Virus record (IMG/VR): IMGVR_UViG_3300010049_000008
Coordinates: 1-32,017 of that record
DNA length: 32,017 nucleotides
Direction: 5' to 3' (one strand)
From: a virus
Shown here: positions 1 through 6,800 of the stretch, in pieces
Position numbering within the stretch: position 1 is the stretch's first letter
Layout: each line of letters starts with the position of its first letter
Made by a program: the position numbers and the translations under genes
Notes under the pieces: model-generated
Told to the model about the DNA's origin: nothing
Databases searched by the model: none
The model's input: the letters and a program-made list of their open reading frames with translations, nothing else

Positions 1-123
1 AGTGGCAGAAGCGTTAGAACGCTCATTCATCCAGCACATAAGCCTCCATCAGAATAGATTGTATTATCACATTTTTTGTGATGACCCCTTACAAATGCAG
101 AGTTATCAACAAGAATTAACCAA
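1..123. repeat. Terminal direct repeat, left copy (exactly equals 31895..32017)
   Basis: Compared base by base: agtggcagaagcgttagaacgctcattcat...agttatcaacaagaattaaccaa occurs at both window ends, 123/123 identical. Unit length 31,894 bp. Confidence 0.95.
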
Positions 124-141
124 AGGAGTATACGGAATATA

Positions 142-288
142 ATGGTGCAATTGGACTTTGAGAAGAAACAATTAGTTGAATGCAGACAACTCATCACAAC
201 CTACAAATGCGCTAACTGTGGATATTGGCCTTGCGGGTCATGCAGTTGGAAAAAAACCTTAAATGCCATAGACGGAGTGAAAACTTAA
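142..288 (+). CDS. 48-aa Cys-rich micro-protein (MVQLDFEKKQLVECRQLITTYKCANCGYWPCGSCSWKKTLNAIDGVKT)
   Basis: Below the track cutoff. CxxC...CxxC pattern. TAATG overlaps at both ends (140..144 and 286..290) chain it to its neighbours. Confidence 0.4.
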   Translation: MVQLDFEKKQLVECRQLITTYKCANCGYWPCGSCSWKKTLNAIDGVKT

Positions 289-929
289 TGTATATGTTTA
301 AGGTGGTGCAAAGCACTACTCAAGTAATTTTAGAATATCCAAAATTCCGAGACAAAAACGAAACATATACAAACCCTAATATTATGAGTAAGAAAATAGG
401 TGTTCTACAGTCCTGTAATAATGGTGAGCATATTTGGGATGTGGGAGTTAAATATAAAATTTCCGATGATAAAATGTTGAAGGCGTGCAGAGTTGGATTT
501 CACACTTGCATATATTATCCCATATGGATGCCCCCTTTTCAGGGGAGGGTCTTTATTTGTGAAGTTGAGGAACCTCTTCGTAACTATATTCATCATGGGT
601 TTTCTAAAAACTGGAAACTTGTAAGCCGTACCTGTAAACTCATCACCCGAATATCCCAAAAAGACGCCAACCGCATAATTAGAAGTTGGTTAAAAATAGA
701 TATTATGTTAATCAAACGCAATACTACAATGATGGATATTAGAAGAAGATTGATAAATGGGGAATTAGTCACAGATAAAAGCAGAAAATATTATAATGAA
801 ACATTATCAAGGTATAATCTTCAATCGGCTCAAAATATTCAATTTGTTTTTAAAAACTATTTAACACATAAAGAAAACAAAACATTAGCTCAATGGAGAA
901 AACAACTAAATGAAAGTTTACAATTGTAA
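288..929 (+). CDS. Hypothetical protein, 213 aa
   Basis: Track ORF 225..929. I chose the internal ATG at 288 (MYMFKVVQ...) because it overlaps the stop of the upstream micro-ORF. No family recognised with confidence. Confidence 0.6.
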   Translation: MYMFKVVQSTTQVILEYPKFRDKNETYTNPNIMSKKIGVLQSCNNGEHIWDVGVKYKISDDKMLKACRVGFHTCIYYPIWMPPFQGRVFICEVEEPLRNYIHHGFSKNWKLVSRTCKLITRISQKDANRIIRSWLKIDIMLIKRNTTMMDIRRRLINGELVTDKSRKYYNETLSRYNLQSAQNIQFVFKNYLTHKENKTLAQWRKQLNESLQL

Positions 930-1041
930 ACGATGCGGCAAAACTTATCTCCGCTACCCCGACGGCCAAGACCCCAAAGTAGAAGTTGTAACAGAAACCA
1001 TATGCCCGGAATGTTTCGTAGAAGGTGCCCAAAACTGGTAA
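910..1041 (+). CDS. 43-aa zinc-ribbon-like protein (MKVYNCKRCGKTYLRYPDGQDPKVEVVTETICPECFVEGAQNW)
   Basis: Hand-translated and below the track cutoff. CxxC(22)CxxC pattern. More protein-like than the Arg/Pro-rich N-terminus of track ORF 933..1271 in the other frame. Confidence 0.45.
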   Translation: MKVYNCKRCGKTYLRYPDGQDPKVEVVTETICPECFVEGAQNW

Positions 1042-1064
1042 ACCCATATGATGACCCTGATGTT

Positions 1065-1271
1065 ATGGGGTATTGTCCCCGGTGTGCTAAATATATCCGA
1101 TACCCCGAAAACGTAAAGTATGATAAAATTGGCCGTATGAAATGCCGGATACACCCAGCCCAACAAATGAGACTCAAAACAAACAAAAGCCGAGCAGACG
1201 CACATAAACGCCAATGGGAAAAAGAAAAAGAAAAAAAACAGAAAGCACAACAGGAGAACCCTAACCCATGA
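1065..1271 (+). CDS. 68-aa zinc-ribbon-like protein with basic Lys/Glu tail (MGYCPRCAKYIRYPENVKYDKIGRMKCRIHPAQQ...)
   Basis: Internal ATG (codon 45) of track ORF 933..1271. CxxC...CxxH pattern. Its stop overlaps the next start (ATGA at 1268). Confidence 0.4.
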   Translation: MGYCPRCAKYIRYPENVKYDKIGRMKCRIHPAQQMRLKTNKSRADAHKRQWEKEKEKKQKAQQENPNP

Positions 1272-1486
1272 AAATGGGCTTCAAACAAGTATTCGCCTAT
1301 TGCCAACAATGCCAAAACTGCGCCCCGCACTGTTTCGAGGACTGTACTACATTGTGGAGTCACAGCCGCCGCATAGAACCCCCTCCCACAGTAACCGTTG
1401 TAAATGGGGAATATGTGCGGGTGGATGCAAAAATAATATTAGACTGGACACAATCCCGATCAATAAAACCACTGGAGAAAGTGTAA
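1268..1486 (+). CDS. 72-aa Cys-rich protein (CQQCQNCAPHCFEDC)
   Basis: Track ORF with ATGA overlap to the upstream gene and a dense Cys cluster near the N-terminus. Confidence 0.55.
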   Translation: MKMGFKQVFAYCQQCQNCAPHCFEDCTTLWSHSRRIEPPPTVTVVNGEYVRVDAKIILDWTQSRSIKPLEKV

Positions 1487-1487
1487 C

Positions 1488-1673
1488 ATGAAACATGAAA
1501 TAGTTGTGACACAACGAATGTTGACGATGATGCAGACCCGGGAACTAATAATCCGATGCCGAAAATGTGCTAAAGAAATACATGTCGGGGATGAAATTAC
1601 AAGTTCGCCCACAGGACGCAACTGCACACGAAAATGGTATCACCGCACCTGCTGGAAAGAAATGTTTATCTAA
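1488..1673 (+). CDS. 61-aa zinc-binding-like protein (CRKC...CTRKWYHRTC)
   Basis: Track ORF starting 1 nt after the upstream stop. CxxC plus C/H cluster. Confidence 0.55.
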   Translation: MKHEIVVTQRMLTMMQTRELIIRCRKCAKEIHVGDEITSSPTGRNCTRKWYHRTCWKEMFI

Positions 1674-1704
1674 CCCCCCCCCGTTAACATTGTGAGGAAT
1701 AAAT
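1665..1704 (+). promoter_or_regulatory. Promoter-like element with a C9 tract: TTTATCTAA-CCCCCCCCC-GTTAACATTGTGAGGAATAAAT-ATG
   Basis: A/T box at 1665..1673, homopolymer C9 at 1674..1682, and GAGG 9 nt before ATG 1705. The same CCCCCCCCCGTTA 13-mer occurs on the other strand at 28848..28860, also upstream of a gene. Confidence 0.4.
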
Positions 1705-1941
1705 ATGAGTGAAGAAATACAAAAACAATATGATCTAAACAAACAAATTCTAAAAAAAGCTCAAGTCCAAATCGTAAACATCTTGAGTGAAATTCAAGAA
1801 AAAACAGAAATAAGATGCATGACGGTTAAAATTGAAACTGACTTTCCGAGAGGAGAAGAATTCAAAGTTAATTTTGAATCCTTGTACCAACAGCTACAGT
1901 CTATGTATCAGGAAAAAATGTGCAGACTGTTGAAAGTTTAA
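1705..1941 (+). CDS. 78-aa helical/coiled-coil-like hypothetical protein
   Basis: Track ORF with GAGG upstream. Charged heptad-like composition. Confidence 0.6.
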   Translation: MSEEIQKQYDLNKQILKKAQVQIVNILSEIQEKTEIRCMTVKIETDFPRGEEFKVNFESLYQQLQSMYQEKMCRLLKV

Positions 1942-1952
1942 AAAAGATGGGG

Positions 1953-2213
1953 TTAGAGCCGTTTTAGCTCGTCGGTGATTAACACCGTTTTTTCATCTAC
2001 TATTTTTTGAAACTCTTTCTCATTTACATTGGTGTCTTTGGCGGCTGATATGATTTCTACAACGTGTGCACCTACTTTTCCGGCTATGTTGGTGGCTTTA
2101 GCTTCATTTATTTCACTGTCTTCAGCCCGGTTTTTATTATGATACGATGCAAGCAGTGCGGGGATTATGCCGATTATGGCGGTGAGCAATATTATTATGT
2201 GGTATTCGTCCAT
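1953..2213 (-). CDS. 86-aa N-terminally membrane-anchored protein; lone minus-strand gene inside the plus-strand arm
   Basis: Track ORF with hydrophobic stretch HIIILLTAIIGIIPALLASY and AAGGTGGTGA 4-5 nt before the ATG. Its upstream region shares the TATA box of the divergent promoter at 2243. Confidence 0.6.
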   Translation of the reverse strand: MDEYHIIILLTAIIGIIPALLASYHNKNRAEDSEINEAKATNIAGKVGAHVVEIISAAKDTNVNEKEFQKIVDEKTVLITDELKRL

Positions 2214-2242
2214 ATTTTCACCACCTTATTAGTTGCAGAGGG

Positions 2243-2285
2243 TTTATATATCCGTTTGGTATATGTTAACATGGAGTTAAACAAC
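2243..2285 (+). promoter_or_regulatory. Promoter/operator/leader cassette P1: TTTATATA-N12-ATGTTAACAT-GGAGTTAAACAAC-ATG
   Basis: TATA-like octamer at 2243..2250, 10-bp palindrome at 2263..2272, GGAG, then ATG at 2286. The 49 nt at 2243..2291 are identical to 31310..31358. Confidence 0.6.
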
Positions 2286-2654
2286 ATGACCGTACTAATG
2301 AACTATAAAAAAATTGAACAATCTCATCTTAACCAAATAATAAAAAACATGGAACAACTCGGATACACAGGTAAAGACTACCACACAGCCAAACAACCTT
2401 TCCCCCAAGACAAAAAACTCAGCGGAATACAAAAAGAAAGCTTCAGCTACTCAGTTAATGGCCGTGGAGAATTAATTGACGAAACCGTAAGCCAAATGAC
2501 AATACACTCAGCCGCACAAGGCAAAGTATTAATTTATAATAAAGAATGCTTCGAAATAATAAGCCGCAACGGAAAAGGCATAGAAGCCCAAAGAATAGTA
2601 GAACTCTATCCAAAACGATTTACATGCAAGGTAGTTTTTCGCTACCTCTACTAA
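2286..2654 (+). CDS. Hypothetical protein, 122 aa (MTVLMNYKKIEQSHLNQ...)
   Basis: 3' part of track ORF 2064..2654. Start set at the ATG after the conserved GGAGTTAAACAAC leader. The upstream part of that ORF is antisense to gene 1953..2213 and crosses the promoter. Confidence 0.65.
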   Translation: MTVLMNYKKIEQSHLNQIIKNMEQLGYTGKDYHTAKQPFPQDKKLSGIQKESFSYSVNGRGELIDETVSQMTIHSAAQGKVLIYNKECFEIISRNGKGIEAQRIVELYPKRFTCKVVFRYLY

Positions 2655-2706
2655 CTTTTTCATCTCATCAATTAATCGCGGTATTGATAGAGGAGGTGAA
2701 AAGTGT

Positions 2707-2922
2707 ATGGGTAATGCATTAAGCGGGTTCTTCGGAATGATTATATGTGCTGTCCTCGGCATAGCTTCTCTTATTTTCGGCATATGGAACATTATTCAGG
2801 GAGTTATTGCTTGGAGTAGTATTTCTATTTGGCAGGTAGTCTATGCCGTCGGCGGGATTTTAGGCTTTATAATCTTTCTGGTGTTAGGCTTAGTTTGTTT
2901 AGCCATAGCAAACTCTAACTAA
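2707..2922 (+). CDS. 71-aa polytopic membrane protein (holin-like candidate)
   Basis: Strong GGAGGTGA 7 nt upstream. Almost entirely hydrophobic, with 2-3 predicted TM segments. Lies immediately upstream of the peptidase gene. Confidence 0.65.
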   Translation: MGNALSGFFGMIICAVLGIASLIFGIWNIIQGVIAWSSISIWQVVYAVGGILGFIIFLVLGLVCLAIANSN

Positions 2923-2959
2923 TCCCCAACTTTTTCTTTATCTTTTTTTAATACGAACA

Positions 2960-3002
2960 TTTAAATACTCATAAGCCTATGTAAACATAGGGAAGGAACA
3001 AC
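2960..3002 (+). promoter_or_regulatory. Promoter cassette P6: TTTAAATAC-N7-CCTATGTAAACATAGG-GAAGGAACAAC-ATG
   Basis: TATA-like box at 2960..2968, palindrome at 2976..2991 (7-nt arms), and leader ATAGGGAAGGA shared with the promoters at 24996..25038 and 19763..19809. Confidence 0.5.
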
Positions 3003-3653
3003 ATGAAAAAACAAACCTATGAATACCTAATAGCGGCATTATTAATAACCGCAATAATTTTAGGCATAACAGCTTTTATAATACTTTATCCGTGGGGACA
3101 AGAAACCACACAAGCAAACTGCAACATCACACCCACGGTAAATGTCACAGATGCAGAGTTAGCCGTATATCAACAAGTCAGCCAAGAAACCCGCATGAAC
3201 CACAAAACAAACCCCGCCTATTTCATGCAAAGCAGTCACCCAAAAATAATCGCGCTATGCAAACAATTAAACCAGCAGGGCGTAGACCAAAACCTAACCC
3301 CGGAAGAATTCGCACAATACCTCCTCAACTACGTATACACCGCCATCCAATATGCAGAAGACAAAGACACAACCCCCTACAACGACTACTACAATTTTCC
3401 CATAGAAACCTTAGCCCTCGGCTATGGCGACTGCGAAGACACCGCAATGCTCTACATGACCCTTTTAGATTACTTCAATTATGACTATTGTGCTTTCATA
3501 ACCAACACCCACTATTTTGTGGGTATAGCTGGAAACTTTAGCGGCAACCAAATAAACGGATACTACTATGCAGACACAACAACATACAACTATATTATCG
3601 GTAATCCGGTGGTACAAATAGAGGGAGAAAGAGTATGGCAATACTACCCTTAG
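3003..3653 (+). CDS. Signal-anchored transglutaminase-like (papain-fold) cysteine peptidase; candidate lysin
   Basis: N-terminal TM segment (YLIAALLITAIILGITAFIILY), then LALGYGDCEDTAMLYMTLL (the G-x-C-x-D core motif of transglutaminase-like enzymes), a later HYFVGI (His) and YYADTT (Asp). Confidence 0.65.
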   Translation: MKKQTYEYLIAALLITAIILGITAFIILYPWGQETTQANCNITPTVNVTDAELAVYQQVSQETRMNHKTNPAYFMQSSHPKIIALCKQLNQQGVDQNLTPEEFAQYLLNYVYTAIQYAEDKDTTPYNDYYNFPIETLALGYGDCEDTAMLYMTLLDYFNYDYCAFITNTHYFVGIAGNFSGNQINGYYYADTTTYNYIIGNPVVQIEGERVWQYYP

Positions 3654-3817
3654 CGGACTTGCATCTCTTCTATATTTCCCACGTATTCAAAAACTTCAGC
3701 TAAACTTCTAAACGCATACTGCTTATCTGCATGATTCAAAACATAACCCATAGTCAACTTTATTATGGTAACTGCGTTTTTGGGGGGAGATTGATTTTGA
3801 GTTTGACTCATATTCAT
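3650..3817 (-). CDS. 55-aa ORF directly after, and in frame with, the Tal/fibre stop codon (MNMSQTQNQSPPKNAVTIIKLTMGYVLNHADKQYAFRSLAEVFEYVGNIEEMQVR)
   Basis: Hand-translated. The sequence reads TAA-GTG-ATG-AAT-ATG in the Tal frame. The ORF's stop overlaps the stop of the convergent gene 3003..3653 by 3 nt (3650..3652 vs 3651..3653). Confidence 0.35.
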   Translation of the reverse strand: MNMSQTQNQSPPKNAVTIIKLTMGYVLNHADKQYAFRSLAEVFEYVGNIEEMQVR

Positions 3818-3820
3818 CAC

Positions 3821-6800
3821 TTAAGAGTTAGCTAACTTAGATATTAGTTTTTCGAGTGCCTCAACTCTTCGAGTCAATATTTGAATCGTGTCTTTCTCCT
3901 TATCCACTCGCCCCCAATATTGTAATAATTCGCCGTCATCACTATACATAGCTAAGTCACGCTCAATTTCAGTCATGCGCACATCATTTTCAAAGACCAA
4001 GTCACCGGGGGTAATGGTTACGGCACGCACAAGGCTAAATCTGTTTCCGTTCTGGCCTATAGTGCCGCTGTTATCATTTTTCGGAACAATAGAACCCGTT
4101 ATGGCAATGTTCCCGTAAGAACTACCATTATTATAATTCAACAACACATCATAATCACCAAGGCCGCCGGAAGATAACGAGGTGCCGTTAGCTTTCAGCC
4201 ACATCGTACCCTGACCGCTCGCATACACAGAAGCATTACCCGTATCAGTAGAATAGCCGGATGCAAACCCATAGTTGCCAAAGGCTGTTATTCCGTTGCC
4301 TGTGAAAGCTCCTAATACGCCCGAGTTAGCGCCTACGCCGCCTGCATTCATAGTCCAGTAGTAGAGGGGATTGTATCCGGGGAAATACCAGAGATAAGAG
4401 GGTGCAGTGTAATTTTGGCCTATCGCCGCTGTGAAATTAATAACGGTATTACTGCTGTCAAAACCTATGGTTCCTTGCTGATTTCCGCTCCCGTCCACAA
4501 AACGCAGTGATTGGCCAAATATTGAGATGCCGTTACTTGCTATATTGGCGAATGGGCTTACTAAGCCGTTTGCGCCTATGCTCATAGTTCCCGCGCCGAA
4601 AGTGCCTTTTCCAGTAGAAATATCAATGTAGAATTGTCTGACTTGGGCGCTGTCAAAGCCTGCGATGCCGCCGCTGTCGATAACTATTTCGTTGCCGCCG
4701 CCCCCGGGAGGCATAATAAACATTCCGTTTCTATTCATTGTAATTGACCCATTTGCAAAATAAGCATTACCATTAGATGCATCTATGTAAAATGAAGGTT
4801 GACCGCTTGAATTATAACCGCTTAAACCATTGCCATCTAATTTCAAAAATGGTGTTACATATCCATTTCCTATGTTGCCGTTTGAGAAGTCGAGGCGGCC
4901 GTTAGCATCGACGCCGTAAATGCTGAGTTGCCCGGCGTGTATTTGGCCTGCCATGAGTGCAAGGTTTAGGGTGCCGCATAATGTCCATACGTTTAAGCCT
5001 GTGATGGGGTCAGGTTCAGCGAAGTAATACGCTTGGGTGTCTGTGGCATAAAACATAGCGCCCTGTGAGACTGTGTCAGGTGCAGGTTTTTCAGCATCTA
5101 ACCCAAACAACAACACACCAAACCCCTGCATACTACCTATCAAATCTTCCAACGGAATATTTTTCAGGGTCTCAAAAGTGATACCACCGCGAACTTGGAT
5201 TCCGTTTACTTGTGTTGACCCGTTGCCTACCATCTGCCCGGTAATGTCTTGCAGTAACCGCATTTGCTGAGGTATGGCCACATCAAGTTCCACAGTTACC
5301 ATTGATGGGGTTTTAGTAATGCGTTTAATTTGAAAGCCGTCTGTATCAGATATGAAATCTAAGTCAGGACGATTAACAACAATAAACTGCCCCGCCCGCA
5401 TCATATACGTCTGATGTAACAAAGCATTAAGAGAGTTCCCGTTTGCGGAGGGATTGCTTAGACGTGTCCAAAGAAATTTGGCCATAGTATTTAGAGTATC
5501 TATGTCTGCGGCGTTAGGATTTTGATAAACTTTTACGGCCCCTGTTTTTACTGCTGGATATTGACCCATGATTAAGGTCTGTTCTTCGTCGGTTCCGCTT
5601 CCCCAAACTTGTACCGTCCCGATAACTTTGGATTCGTCTTTCGTTGTGTGTGACCCTGACTGCCAAAGTGGAGACTCATATAATGTTGAGCTACGGTAGC
5701 CTATGTTTATTTGGCCGTTTGCAGGCCAATAATCTAAACCAAGAACCGCCGCTAACTTTTGCACCGCCGTCAATGCATTTTCTTCGTTGAACGCGATTGA
5801 TACGGGTGTAGTAGGACATTGACCCGCGGATATATTGAGCGCTTGAGCCGCTATATGCTGCAGAATAAGGTTAGCGGGGGTTTGATCGAATGCTCTTGTT
5901 ATTGTGTTAACTGCTTTGTAGAGGTAATTTAGGACAGGGTCGAATAAACCACAAGTAATACGCGTACTATTAATATCACGTGATAACAACACACCCTGAA
6001 ATACTATAACGTCATTATATGTTAATTGAAAACTTTGACCCTGAACCGATTGCACAAACGCTAAAGCCGCCGGAGTATTAACTGTTGCAATTGTAGCTGA
6101 TAAGTTCCCGCCCGCTTCGCCCATTTCATCAAGGATTTCAATCCAATCAAATTGAAACGGAGGAGCTACATAAGCGGAACCATTCCAATAATTAACTCGT
6201 GGTTTTCCAGTGGAAGTTAACGGGGGAGTAATACGTGGACGCCAAACAGCATATAATGTTACGGGCGCAGTGCCCATAGCGAAGCTTGGAGGAGTAACCG
6301 TGTTATCAATATTCACTTTGAAGGTTGATAATGAGGCTAACGGATTGAAGTCCCAGCCGTCTAAACCATATTCCAGTATAGCCAAGTTTCCCGTATTACC
6401 TATAACGCTGACCGTTGCAAATTGGAAATATTCGTTAGGGTCTACTGGTACAGTACCCGTATAAGTTGTGCCAGATGGGGGATTAGCCGCATAAGTTACT
6501 CCAAATGATTCTTGCCAAACCGCATTAAGTGTGATATTAGCCGCTCCAATTATGAATGATGAAGGAGCTACTGTGATGCCGTCGGTTTGAATTCTGAATG
6601 AGGGGCTGTTAAGTTCTCCGGGTAAATCCCACCCAATAACCTTGTAACCCGTAGTATTGAGGTTGTTTGGGTTTGCTTGCACGGTTACGCTATCAGTTGA
6701 CCTGTACAGATTATTATCTACTGGTACTGACCCGGTTAGGGTGGTGCCTGCAGGGGGATTAGGCGCATAAGTTACGGTGTAGAGTTGTTGCCATACTGCG

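Noticed and set aside
1-123. Physical direct terminal repeat (T7-like DTR) or a mobile-element inverted/direct repeat
   Set aside because: The repeat is direct and exactly at the window edges, and an ORF reads through it. An assembly overlap of a circular or permuted genome is the simpler explanation, although a true short DTR cannot be excluded without reads.
933-1064. N-terminal 44 codons of track ORF 933..1271 (MRQNLSPLPRRPRPQSRSC...)
   Set aside because: It is Arg/Pro-rich and overlaps a better zinc-ribbon ORF (910..1041) in another frame. Only the part from ATG 1065 was kept.
890-1363. Minus-strand ORFs 890..1363, 954..1250, 850..1047 and 405..659
   Set aside because: They are antisense to the plus-strand chain of coupled small genes. 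Their low-complexity Phe/Cys/Leu composition mirrors the Lys/Glu-rich sense frames.
2064-2285. 5' part of track ORF 2064..2654
   Set aside because: It runs antisense through gene 1953..2213 and across promoter P1. The conserved leader places the real start at 2286.
3092-3484. 130-aa Arg/Pro/His-rich ORF inside 3003..3653
   Set aside because: It is an alternative frame of the peptidase gene. Its composition is typical of out-of-frame translation, while the main frame carries clear TM and catalytic motifs.
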